Below, in pieces: positions 10,483 through 20,071 of a stretch of 64,000 bases of DNA. The DNA is from an uncultured SAR86 cluster bacterium. GTDB taxonomy: Bacteria; Pseudomonadota; Gammaproteobacteria; Magnimaribacterales; AG-339-G14. The translations under genes and the position numbers were made by a program. The stretch's first letter is position 1; every line of letters begins with the position of its first letter. Under the pieces are notes generated by a model. The model was not told where the DNA came from, searched no databases, and saw only the letters and a list, made by a program, of their open reading frames with translations. The stretch lies in assembly GCA_902624765.1 (NCBI GenBank), contig CACNYO010000001.1, positions 29,907 through 93,906 of the forward strand, read 5' to 3'.

Positions 10483-12134
10483 TCTTGAAAATACTTTTCT
10501 TATACTTCTCAACAATTCTGCATTTGAAGAGAGTTCAAATCTTCAACAGATTTTTTAGAAAATTTAAATTCCTGAAATTAATAGATGAAAAAAATGTCCG
10601 TACTAAAAATTTACATTCGAAATTTCCATACATAAAAAATAAAACTTATTCTTTTCATGGAAAAGAGTTCATTTTTTTAAATAAAAGTCTTAAGTTTGAT
10701 GATAATTTTCTAAATCAATCAATTAAATATGAAAAATTGTGGAGATATAATCTTTATTATTTTGATTTTCTAAATTCAAAAGATTCAATGAAATTTAATG
10801 ATCAAAAAAAGGAGATCATTTATCTATTTATTTCAAACTATCAAAAGAATATTAAGCATGAATTTTATGATCCTTATCCTACATCTTTAAGGATTGTTAA
10901 TTTAATTAAATGGGTTGTAAATGAAAAGATTAATGACGACGCTATAACTAATTTTATTTATTTTCAAACAGAAATACTAAAACAAAAAATTGAGTATCAT
11001 TTACTTTGTAATCACTATTTTTCTAATCTAAAAGCTTTATCATTTTCCAGTATTTTTTTTGATCAATATAAGAATAATTCTTTTTCAAAAAAAATACATG
11101 AAGAGCTAGATAGTCAATTAGATGAGCAATTCTTTTTAGATGGAGGCCACTTCGAAGGTTCTCCTATGTACCATTCCATTATTGTTGAAGACTTATTAGA
11201 CATTCATAATCTTTATAGCTCAATTGAAGGTGATTGTTCAGATATTGATAATATCAATTCAAAACTAAGAAATATCATTCCTCTATCTATAGGTTGGTTA
11301 GAAAAAATGACGCATCCTAACAAAGAGATATCTTTTTTTAATGATTCTTCTTTGGGCATATCATTAAGTATAGAAGATATTAACACCTACGCAGCATCAC
11401 TTAACATTGATGATATTCAAGAAGAAAATTACTTGGAAAAAAATAATGTTTTATTAAATGGAAAAGAAAGTGGATATGTTGTTTGTAAAAATCAAAATTT
11501 TTATATTATTTTTGATACTGCAGATATAGGTCCTTCTTATAATCCTGGCCATTGCCATGCAGATTCTCTTTCTTTTGAACTTTCTTCATTTGGCCATAAA
11601 ATTTTTGTAAATAGAGGAACTTCAACTTACGAAAACACAGAAGAAAGAAATCTTATAAGATCTACAATTTCTCATAATACTGTTGTCATTGACGATAGAA
11701 ATTCTTCAGATGTTTGGTCATCTTTCAGGGTTGGCAAAAGAGCAAAAATAATTGATAGAGATTGTAAAAAGCAAGACCAAAAAATCATCATGACTGGTCA
11801 ACACGATGGGTATTCAAAATTTTTAAGCCCAGTATTTCATGAAAGAATTATCTCTTTTGATTTAGATGCCATAGAAATATATGATCAAGTGAGAGGAAGT
11901 ATTAACAAATCTCAAAGTATTCTTTTACTTCATCCAGACATAGACGTGCAAAGAATTGATTCACAAACTCTAGAACTAACTTTTTTTATGAGAAAATTGA
12001 TTTTAATTTCAGAAAACAATGTAGAAATAAATCCAGCTAAATATTCACCTATGTTTAATGAGGATTTAGATACAAAAAGATTATCGGTAAATTTTGAGAA
12101 TAATAATAAATCTATACTAAAAATAATATCTTGA
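10479..12134 (+). CDS. heparinase II/III-like (alginate-lyase superfamily) protein
   Basis: The C-terminal PGHCHADSLSFEL block is typical of the Hepar_II_III family. TTG start overlaps the upstream TGA. This start is less certain. Confidence 0.6.
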   Translation: MILKILFLYFSTILHLKRVQIFNRFFRKFKFLKLIDEKNVRTKNLHSKFPYIKNKTYSFHGKEFIFLNKSLKFDDNFLNQSIKYEKLWRYNLYYFDFLNSKDSMKFNDQKKEIIYLFISNYQKNIKHEFYDPYPTSLRIVNLIKWVVNEKINDDAITNFIYFQTEILKQKIEYHLLCNHYFSNLKALSFSSIFFDQYKNNSFSKKIHEELDSQLDEQFFLDGGHFEGSPMYHSIIVEDLLDIHNLYSSIEGDCSDIDNINSKLRNIIPLSIGWLEKMTHPNKEISFFNDSSLGISLSIEDINTYAASLNIDDIQEENYLEKNNVLLNGKESGYVVCKNQNFYIIFDTADIGPSYNPGHCHADSLSFELSSFGHKIFVNRGTSTYENTEERNLIRSTISHNTVVIDDRNSSDVWSSFRVGKRAKIIDRDCKKQDQKIIMTGQHDGYSKFLSPVFHERIISFDLDAIEIYDQVRGSINKSQSILLLHPDIDVQRIDSQTLELTFFMRKLILISENNVEINPAKYSPMFNEDLDTKRLSVNFENNNKSILKIIS

Positions 12135-12234
12135 GTAAATTTCATCTTTTTAAAACAAGCTGTAATATACATCAAAATTTTTTTGAAGAGCTCTAATTAT
12201 TTCAAAAACTTAATGCATCCTTGTGAATCTATCT

Positions 12235-13368
12235 ATGAGAAATAAAAAAAAGATTCTAATCGTCATAGGAACAAGACCTGAGGCAATAAAAGTAGCTCCT
12301 TTATATAGCGAAATAAAAAGATCAAAAAAGTTCTTCTTAAAACTTTGTGTATCTGGCCAACATAAAGAGATGATAGATCAAGCATTGGAGGCTTTTAATA
12401 TGAATATTGACTATTTTGCCTCTTCTCCCAAAAAGAATCTAAACTTGAATGAACTATCTTCAGAATTATTTAAAGGTTTAGATCGGATTTATTCTGACTT
12501 TAGACCGGATTTAGTATTAGTTCACGGCGATACAACCACGACACAGGTTGCGAGTATGGCTGCTTTTTTAAAAGATATTAAAATAGGTCATATTGAGGCC
12601 GGTTTGAGATCAAATGATAAGAATTCTCCTTTTCCCGAGGAAATAAATCGCAGAGTCGCTTCATTAGTAACAGATTATCACTTTGCTCCTACTGAAAACG
12701 CGAAACAAAATCTTATTCTAGAAAATATTCCTAAAAAAAATATTTTTGTAACTGGGAATACTATTGTCGATTCTTTAAAGAATACTTTACAAAAAATTGG
12801 GTCCAACAAATCTATTTTCAAAAAGCTTGATAAGAATCTCTTAAAAATAATTGAAAAAAATTCTGGTAGAAAAATTATATTAATAACAGGCCATCGAAGA
12901 GAAAACTTTGGAAGAAGTTTTGAGAATATCTGTCTCGCCATAAAAGATTTAGCTGATGAATTCGAAGAGAATGTCTTCATTTATCCAGTTCATTTGAACC
13001 CTAATGTTAGAAAACCAGTTATGCATTTGTTAAAAAATAAAAAGAATATTTTTTTAATAGATCCTCTAGACTATATTAACTTTCTATATTTAATGAAAAA
13101 GTGTTCGTTAGTAATTACTGACAGTGGAGGATTACAGGAAGAATGCCCAAGTCTTGGACTTCCATTAGTTCTTATGAGAAATAAAACAGAAAGGCCGGAA
13201 ATATTTGAGTATGAAGGTTTTTCGATGACAGGTCCGGACAGAAAAAAAATTATCAATGCATCAAGAAAGTATTTAACTTTAGGGAAAAAAATCAAGAAAA
13301 TGAATCTTTTTGGTGACGGAAATGCTTCTAAAAGAATTGTAAAAACACTACTCAAAGAATTCTCATGA
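12235..13368 (+). CDS. wecB: UDP-N-acetylglucosamine 2-epimerase (non-hydrolysing)
   Basis: GTRPEAIK, VHGDTTT, HIEAGLRS, PEEINR and DSGGLQEE motifs. The ORF opens at GTG 12223, but ATG 12235 (MRNKKKILIV) is preferred. Confidence 0.85.
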   Translation: MRNKKKILIVIGTRPEAIKVAPLYSEIKRSKKFFLKLCVSGQHKEMIDQALEAFNMNIDYFASSPKKNLNLNELSSELFKGLDRIYSDFRPDLVLVHGDTTTTQVASMAAFLKDIKIGHIEAGLRSNDKNSPFPEEINRRVASLVTDYHFAPTENAKQNLILENIPKKNIFVTGNTIVDSLKNTLQKIGSNKSIFKKLDKNLLKIIEKNSGRKIILITGHRRENFGRSFENICLAIKDLADEFEENVFIYPVHLNPNVRKPVMHLLKNKKNIFLIDPLDYINFLYLMKKCSLVITDSGGLQEECPSLGLPLVLMRNKTERPEIFEYEGFSMTGPDRKKIINASRKYLTLGKKIKKMNLFGDGNASKRIVKTLLKEFS

Positions 13369-14579
13369 AAAAAATTTCTATATTAGGGTTGGGGTATATT
13401 GGGTTACCAAGCGCTGCATATTATTCAAAATTTAATTATCACATTTCTGGTTATGACATTGACAAAGATCATATCGAGAAACTTAAAAATTCAAAATTTG
13501 ATATTACCGAACCCGGATTAAGTTCTCTTTTAAAAAAACAGATAAAATCCAAAAAGTTAGAATTTGTAGATATATTACCTAAAAGTAACATATATATTGT
13601 TTGCGTTCCCACGCCTTTAAAAAAACAAAAAAAAGTTTTCAAACCAGATTTGAGCTATTTAAGGCATGCTATCAAGTCCATTAAAGAAGCTGGTGTTAAT
13701 GATAAAACCTTAATTTTAATTGAATCCACCTGTCCAGTTGGAACTACAGAAAAAGTATCAAAAATTTTTTCTGCTGATAATTTTCCAATGATTGCCTACT
13801 GTCCAGAGAGGGTTTTACCTGGCAATCTGCTAAAAGAATTGGCATCCAATCAAAGAGTCGTAGGGGGCATTGACTCTAGATCTACGAATGCTGCATTTAA
13901 TTTTTATAAAAATGTTATAAATTCTGAAGTACATAAAACTGACTCTAAAACTGCAGAAATGTGTAAGTTGGTTGAAAATAGCTTTCGAGATACAAACATT
14001 GCCTTTGCTAATGAAATATCTCTCTTATCAGATAAAGTAGGGATTAATGCTTATGAGTTAATTAATCTAGCCAATAAACATCCTCGAGTAAATATTTTAG
14101 AGCCGGGACCCGGTGTTGGCGGACATTGTATAGCTGTAGATCCTTGGTTTCTTATCAACGAGTTTAAATCATCTTCAAGACTCTTAGAAACTAGCAGAAA
14201 GGTAAACGACTTTAAACCAAAATTTGTTTTGAAAAAATTAAATGAAGAAGTTGTAAGTTTTAAGAAACAAAATAAAAGAGAGCCAAAAATTGCAATTCTT
14301 GGAATCTCTTTCAAGCCAGACATAGATGATGTAAGGGAATCTCCATCTTTGGATATCGCTATGGCTGCAAAGAAAAACTATAAAGACGTTTATATATTTG
14401 ATCCTTATCAGAAAGAAAGTCATGACATTGATGTATGTAAAGAAGAAGATATCTTCAAATGTGACCTTTTTTTATTCCTTGTAAACCACACACATTTTCA
14501 TAACTCAAAATTTACTAAAGTTTTTTACACGAAAAATTCTTTAGATTTTTGTAATTTTACTAAGTCCAAAGTTATATGA
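13365..14579 (+). CDS. wecC: UDP-N-acetyl-D-mannosamine dehydrogenase-like nucleotide-sugar dehydrogenase
   Basis: ILGLGYIGLP N-terminus and catalytic-Cys block GVGGHCIAVDP. Directly coupled to wecB by an ATGA overlap. Confidence 0.75.
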   Translation: MKKISILGLGYIGLPSAAYYSKFNYHISGYDIDKDHIEKLKNSKFDITEPGLSSLLKKQIKSKKLEFVDILPKSNIYIVCVPTPLKKQKKVFKPDLSYLRHAIKSIKEAGVNDKTLILIESTCPVGTTEKVSKIFSADNFPMIAYCPERVLPGNLLKELASNQRVVGGIDSRSTNAAFNFYKNVINSEVHKTDSKTAEMCKLVENSFRDTNIAFANEISLLSDKVGINAYELINLANKHPRVNILEPGPGVGGHCIAVDPWFLINEFKSSSRLLETSRKVNDFKPKFVLKKLNEEVVSFKKQNKREPKIAILGISFKPDIDDVRESPSLDIAMAAKKNYKDVYIFDPYQKESHDIDVCKEEDIFKCDLFLFLVNHTHFHNSKFTKVFYTKNSLDFCNFTKSKVI

Positions 14580-15745
14580 AGAGAATTACAGTCATAGGAT
14601 CAGGATATGTAGGCACTGCAGTTGCTTGTCTTCTTTCAACTAAAAATATGGTTGCGGTGATAGATACTGACAAAGAAATAATTGATAAATTATCAAAACA
14701 AATAAGTCACTTAGATGATCCCCAAATTAAGAAATATCTAAAAAAAAATAAAAACAATCTTAAATTTTCTACTGAACTTACTAGTGTCATATCTAAATCC
14801 GATTTATATATTTTATGTTTACCTACAGATTTTTTAGTTTCAAGAAACGAATTTGATACAAAAAATATAGAATCAGTTATTAGTGAATTAACAGAATTAG
14901 ATCCCAAAGTACCCATTCTGATTAAATCAACAGTACCTATTCATTTTACAGATGAAATGAATAAAGAATTTAAAAGAGATGATATAGTTTTTTCACCGGA
15001 ATTCTTAAGGGAGGGGCAAGCTCTTTACGATAGTTTTTATCCTTCTAGAATTATTTTTGGATCAAATAAACCTAGTTTAGTGTCAAAAATAGCTTCAATT
15101 TTTATAGAGGCTGTCAAAAAATCACCACAAGTGCTCTTTTTATCAGCTGCTGAATCCGAGAGTATTAAATTATTTTCAAATTCTTATTTGGCAATGAGAG
15201 TTGCTTTTTTTAATGAACTTGATTCTCTTTGTCTATCAAAATCCTTTGATGCAAAAAAAATAATTGAAGGTGTTTGTTCTGATTCAAGAATTGGCAATGA
15301 TTACAACAATCCATCTTTTGGATTTGGGGGATACTGTCTTCCAAAGGACACCAAGCAATTGATATCTCAATTTAAAGATATTCCAAATTCTTTGATTACT
15401 TCAGTAATCCAATCAAACGAAAAAAGAAAAAAATATATTTCAAATAAAATTATAGAAAAAAAACCAAAGAATGTAGGAATTTATAGGCTACAAATGAAGG
15501 AAGGATCTGATAATTTCAAAGAGTCTTCTGTAATAAACATAATAAAGAAAATTAAAAATCATAAAATTCCTATAATTATTTACGAGCCATTACTAAGAAA
15601 ACAAACATTTCTTAATTCCAAAGTTATAACAAACTTTACTGAATTTGCTGCTTCAGCATCTATTATTCTGGCAAATAGATATAATGAAGAACTCAATCCT
15701 TATTTGGAAAAGACTTTTACGAGAGACATTTTTCAAGAAAATTAA
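14576..15745 (+). CDS. ugd: UDP-glucose 6-dehydrogenase
   Basis: VIGSGYVGTA, catalytic block GFGGYCLPKD, and the C-terminal UDP-binding region. Confidence 0.8.
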   Translation: MKRITVIGSGYVGTAVACLLSTKNMVAVIDTDKEIIDKLSKQISHLDDPQIKKYLKKNKNNLKFSTELTSVISKSDLYILCLPTDFLVSRNEFDTKNIESVISELTELDPKVPILIKSTVPIHFTDEMNKEFKRDDIVFSPEFLREGQALYDSFYPSRIIFGSNKPSLVSKIASIFIEAVKKSPQVLFLSAAESESIKLFSNSYLAMRVAFFNELDSLCLSKSFDAKKIIEGVCSDSRIGNDYNNPSFGFGGYCLPKDTKQLISQFKDIPNSLITSVIQSNEKRKKYISNKIIEKKPKNVGIYRLQMKEGSDNFKESSVINIIKKIKNHKIPIIIYEPLLRKQTFLNSKVITNFTEFAASASIILANRYNEELNPYLEKTFTRDIFQEN

Positions 15746-15756
15746 AAATAATCTTA

Positions 15757-16650
15757 ATGAAGAATGAACTTGATATTGCCGTAGTACCAGTAGCCGGTCT
15801 AGGAACAAGAATGCTGCCGGCTACAAAATCTATTCCAAAAGAAATGCTGCCAATTGTAGATAGACCTGTAATTCAATATGTAGTCGATGAAATTTATTAT
15901 GCTGGATTTAAAAAAATTATTTTCATCACTCATTCTAGTAAAAATGCTATAGGAGAGCACTTCAATGAAGATTCAAAGATTAAACAAGATTTGGCTAAAA
16001 GGATAAACAAATCTCAATTAAAAGATATTAGAAATATTTCAAATAAAAAAATTGATTTAATTTATATAAATCAAGAGGAAGCTTTGGGTCTAGGTCATGC
16101 AATTAAATGTGCAGAACAGGAAGTAGAAAAAAATTCTTTTGCCGTTGTTTTGCCAGATAGAGTAGCCGACGGATCTGTAAAAGATTTGAAGAGATCCAAC
16201 TTGGCAAAGTTAAGAAGACATTTTATGAATACAAGGAATAATTGTTTGCTTTTAGCTAAAATCCCAAAAAATGAAGTCAGCAAATTTGGGATAATAAAAC
16301 CAAAAAATAGTTTTAAAAATGGTTTTGTCGACATTGAGGATATTGTTGAAAAACCAAAATTAAGTATGGCTCCTTCAAACTTAGCAGCTGTTGGAAGATA
16401 TATTTTTACTCCAGATATATTTGAATATATTCCGCCAAAACCTTTAAAAAAATCAAAAGAGATTGAGCTAACACATGCAATACAATTAATGATCAGGGAT
16501 GGTCATAAATTAAACGGCCTTCATTCTGATACAAAGTACTTTGATTGTGGTGACAAGTTAGGTTATTTTGAATCATTTATATCTTTTGCATTGAAGGATG
16601 AAAGTTTAGGAAAGGATTATAAGAAAATTGTTAAAATTTTTAGTAAATAA
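15757..16650 (+). CDS. galU: UTP--glucose-1-phosphate uridylyltransferase
   Basis: VVPVAGLGTRMLPATKSIPKEMLPIVDRPVIQY signature. Confidence 0.85.
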   Translation: MKNELDIAVVPVAGLGTRMLPATKSIPKEMLPIVDRPVIQYVVDEIYYAGFKKIIFITHSSKNAIGEHFNEDSKIKQDLAKRINKSQLKDIRNISNKKIDLIYINQEEALGLGHAIKCAEQEVEKNSFAVVLPDRVADGSVKDLKRSNLAKLRRHFMNTRNNCLLLAKIPKNEVSKFGIIKPKNSFKNGFVDIEDIVEKPKLSMAPSNLAAVGRYIFTPDIFEYIPPKPLKKSKEIELTHAIQLMIRDGHKLNGLHSDTKYFDCGDKLGYFESFISFALKDESLGKDYKKIVKIFSK

Positions 16651-16757
16651 AATTTTCAAAATCTAAATATCCTTTTCTTTGGTAAAAATTAATAAATTAG
16701 AAAACGCAAACTTTTAATGATGAATACGATAACTGTATATTTAACCTTTTAATTAAA

Positions 16758-17930
16758 TTGTCAAAAAAAATACTAGTTTTGTCTTTTTATTATAAGCCTG
16801 ATTTATGTGCAGGATCCTTCCGGTGTACCGCTCTTGTAAACGAACTGTCAAAAAAAGATGTGTCAATACAAGTTGTAACAACCACACCAAATCGATATAA
16901 GACTTTTAATGCGAAGCCAATAAGTCATAAAGATAAGCTAAATGTATCGGTGGAAAGAATAAATGTTCCAAGTCACAATAGTGGAATTTTTGATCAGATA
17001 AAATCCTTTTATTTTTACTATAGAGAAGCAACAAAAATTAGTAATAATAATGAGTATGATCTAATAGTTGCTACCTCATCTAGATTATTTACTGCTTTTT
17101 TAGGCGCAAGAATCTCGCGAAAGAAACAAATTCCACTTTATTTAGATATTAGAGATTTGTTTGTGGATACAGTGCCAAATGTTCTTTCCTCAATAACGAC
17201 TTTGATTATCAGGCCTTTCTTAAAAATGATAGAAAGTTATACATTTTCTTCGGCTAAAAAAATAAATCTTGTTTCTGAAGGTTTTCTTCCTTATTTCATA
17301 AAAGACTACCCTAAAATCTCATTGAGTTTTTTTACCAACGGAATCGATGAGGAATTTATAGAAGTATCTGGCACTAAATATGATTCGAAAGAAAATAACT
17401 TTCCAATAAATATTCTTTACGCAGGAAATATTGGAGAGGGACAAGGCCTTCACAAAATAGTTCCACAAATGGCTCTAATATTAAAGGATAAGGTGAATTT
17501 TAAAATCATAGGAGATGGCGGACTTATTCAAAAGCTAAATTTTTATGTAGAAAAGTTTAATTTAGATAATGTTATCGTCTCTCCTCCTGTAGATAGAGAT
17601 GTTCTTATTGGTGAATATAAAAGGGCTGATGTTCTTTTTTTGCACCTTAATGATTACGATGCTTTTGGAAAGGTACTTCCCTCTAAATTATTTGAGTATG
17701 CAGCAATGAATAAGCCAATATTAGCTGGTGTAAGCGGATATAGCGCTGATTTCATTAAATCTGAAATAGATAACTGCGAAGTATTCTTGCCTGCAAATTC
17801 TAAGGATGCAATAGATAAGCTAAATAATCTCGATCTTTCAATAAAACGTAGAAGTAAATTTATAGAAAAATTTGATCGAAAAAAGATTATGAGTATGATG
17901 GCGCAAGATATATATGACCTATCATCCTAA
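16758..17930 (+). CDS. glycosyltransferase family 4 (WbuB-like)
   Basis: N-terminal ILVLSFYYKPDLCAGSFR is typical of WbuB-type GTs. C-terminal PSKLFEYAAMNKPIL resembles the E-x7-E region. TTG start. Confidence 0.75.
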   Translation: MSKKILVLSFYYKPDLCAGSFRCTALVNELSKKDVSIQVVTTTPNRYKTFNAKPISHKDKLNVSVERINVPSHNSGIFDQIKSFYFYYREATKISNNNEYDLIVATSSRLFTAFLGARISRKKQIPLYLDIRDLFVDTVPNVLSSITTLIIRPFLKMIESYTFSSAKKINLVSEGFLPYFIKDYPKISLSFFTNGIDEEFIEVSGTKYDSKENNFPINILYAGNIGEGQGLHKIVPQMALILKDKVNFKIIGDGGLIQKLNFYVEKFNLDNVIVSPPVDRDVLIGEYKRADVLFLHLNDYDAFGKVLPSKLFEYAAMNKPILAGVSGYSADFIKSEIDNCEVFLPANSKDAIDKLNNLDLSIKRRSKFIEKFDRKKIMSMMAQDIYDLSS

Positions 17931-18861
17931 TGAACCTAAAAAAATAATACTAACAGGCGGTAGTGGTTTCTTAGGGAGTCATTTGCTTAAGAATAAGCTA
18001 TTTGAGAAAGCCTTAGTGATTGGCAGATCTCAGCCAAAAAATCATAAACACTATCAGGAAGTATCATTTTTGGAGGAAGAAAATCTCTCCAAGATTTTAA
18101 GTGGTGTAGAAGTAATAGTTCACGCAGCTGCAAAAGCTCATGAAATGGGCGAGAAAAACAAAAGCTCTTTGGAACTTTATCGAAAGATAAATACTGAAAG
18201 TACCATTGCACTTGCAAGGCAAGCTGCATTAGCTGGTGTTAAAAGATTTATATTCATAAGCACAATAAAAGTTCTTGGAGAAGGTAATAATTCGCATTCT
18301 TTTTTTAAATACGATGATGCCTTAAATCCTCAAGATTCTTACAGCATTTCTAAAGCTGAAGCCGAAGAAGGTCTAAAATTGATCAGTAAATCTTCTAAAA
18401 TGGAAATAGTCATAATAAGACCTCCCTTGATTTATGGAAAGGGTGTTAAAGGAAATTTTAGAAGCCTACTTAAATTAGTCAGAATGAAATTTCCCTTGCC
18501 TCTAGGAAATATAAAAAATAGAAGGAGCTTAGTTAGTGTTGATAATTTAATTGATCTCATTGTTACCTGTATAAACCATCCAAACGCTAAAAATCAAACT
18601 TTCTTAGTAAGCGATGATAATGATTTAAGTACAACAGAATTATTGTCAATGCTTGCAGAAGCAGGAGGTTTTAAAGCTTTTTTATTTCATTTCCCAGATG
18701 CCTTATTATATTTTTTACTCAAATTATTCGGTAAATTGTCTATATATAATAGGCTGTATGGTTCAATGTGTATTGATATTGAACACACAAAATCTAAACT
18801 TGGTTGGTATCCGCCATTTGGAGTCAAAGAATCTTTAAAAGATTGCTGGACAGATGATTAA
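17914..18861 (+). CDS. NAD-dependent epimerase/reductase (extended SDR)
   Basis: ILTGGSGFLGSH Rossmann motif and YSISKAEAE. 17-nt overlap with the upstream GT. Confidence 0.8.
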   Translation: MTYHPNEPKKIILTGGSGFLGSHLLKNKLFEKALVIGRSQPKNHKHYQEVSFLEEENLSKILSGVEVIVHAAAKAHEMGEKNKSSLELYRKINTESTIALARQAALAGVKRFIFISTIKVLGEGNNSHSFFKYDDALNPQDSYSISKAEAEEGLKLISKSSKMEIVIIRPPLIYGKGVKGNFRSLLKLVRMKFPLPLGNIKNRRSLVSVDNLIDLIVTCINHPNAKNQTFLVSDDNDLSTTELLSMLAEAGGFKAFLFHFPDALLYFLLKLFGKLSIYNRLYGSMCIDIEHTKSKLGWYPPFGVKESLKDCWTDD

Positions 18862-18881
18862 TCATAAAAAGGTCTTTAGAT

Positions 18882-20069
18882 ATGAATACATTGGAGCTGA
18901 TTGGAAGAAAAAAAGAATTATTTCATTCTGATATAAAAAAATTTGAAGAAGAACTTAAAGAAAAAATAAATAATTCAAAATTTTTGGTCATTGGAGGTGC
19001 TGGTTCGATTGGACAGGCAGTTTGCCATCAAATATTTAAAAGAGATCCTAAATTACTACATGTTGTCGATATATCAGAAAATAATATGGTTGAGCTTGTC
19101 AGAAATATTCGAAGCACTATAGGTTATGGTTCAGGGATATTTGAAACTTTTGCTATTGATTGTGGATCATCTGAATTCGAGTCGCTTATAAATAACGAGG
19201 GACCTTATGACTATATATTCAATCTATCTGCATTGAAGCATGTAAGAAGTGAGAAAGATCCTTACACTTTGATGAGAATGATCTCAGTTAATATCTTCAA
19301 CACAATAAAGGCAACTAAATTAGCAAAAGACATGAATGCTATAAAATATTTTTGTGTTTCAACAGACAAGGCTGCTAATCCAGTTAATATGATGGGAGCA
19401 AGTAAAAGAATAATGGAAATGTTCCTTATGCGCGAAAGTTTAACCCAAAATATTTCAATGGCACGTTTTGCAAATGTTGCTTTTTCTGATGGTTCTTTAC
19501 TACATGGATTCAATCAGAGGTTTTCAAAAAAACAGCCTTTTTCAGCACCAAACGATGTAAGTCGTTATTTTGTCACACCTGAGGAATCAGGAGAACTTTG
19601 CCTATTATCAGGACTAAAAGGAAACAATAGGGATATTTTTTTTCCAAAGCTAAACGAAAAACTGCATCTGATTAAATTTTCTGAGATTGCTCAACTATAT
19701 CTAAATGATAGAGGTTTCGAGCCCTTTGAATGTGAAAGTGAAGATGAGGCGCGCTCTGAGGCAGCTAAGCTAATTAAAAATAAAAAATGGCCATGTTTCT
19801 TCTTCAAAAGCGATACAACAGGCGAAAAAGATTTTGAGGAATTCTTTACTGAAAGAGAAGATTTAGATATGAGTCGGTTTGATGCTATAGGAGTTATAAG
19901 AAATCAACCTAATTTTGATGAAAATAAGTTAAATAAATTTGAAGAAAGAATTAATAATTTGCTGAATATGAGAAAATGGAACAAAGAAGAAATAGTAGAA
20001 CTTTTTTTAGAACTTTTACCAGAATTTTCTCATAAGGAAACTGGCAAGTACTTAGATCAAAAGATGTAG
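18882..20069 (+). CDS. CapD/PglF/WbpM-type polysaccharide biosynthesis protein (soluble nucleotide-sugar 4,6-dehydratase-like)
   Basis: FLVIGGAGSIGQA and VSTDKAANPVNMMGASKR blocks (Polysacc_synt_2-like). No N-terminal membrane domain. Confidence 0.8.
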   Translation: MNTLELIGRKKELFHSDIKKFEEELKEKINNSKFLVIGGAGSIGQAVCHQIFKRDPKLLHVVDISENNMVELVRNIRSTIGYGSGIFETFAIDCGSSEFESLINNEGPYDYIFNLSALKHVRSEKDPYTLMRMISVNIFNTIKATKLAKDMNAIKYFCVSTDKAANPVNMMGASKRIMEMFLMRESLTQNISMARFANVAFSDGSLLHGFNQRFSKKQPFSAPNDVSRYFVTPEESGELCLLSGLKGNNRDIFFPKLNEKLHLIKFSEIAQLYLNDRGFEPFECESEDEARSEAAKLIKNKKWPCFFFKSDTTGEKDFEEFFTEREDLDMSRFDAIGVIRNQPNFDENKLNKFEERINNLLNMRKWNKEEIVELFLELLPEFSHKETGKYLDQKM

Positions 20070-20071
20070 TT

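Noticed and set aside
12678-13355. Two antisense ORFs (100 aa and 94 aa) opposite wecB
   Set aside because: These are shadow ORFs within a strongly supported CDS. They have no start context and no recognisable motifs.
17956-17963. GGCGGTAG, identical to the core of the ops/JUMPstart RfaH-recruitment element, inside the polysaccharide locus
   Set aside because: It lies within a CDS, where it encodes the Rossmann TGGSG motif, not in a 5' leader. It is most likely coincidental.
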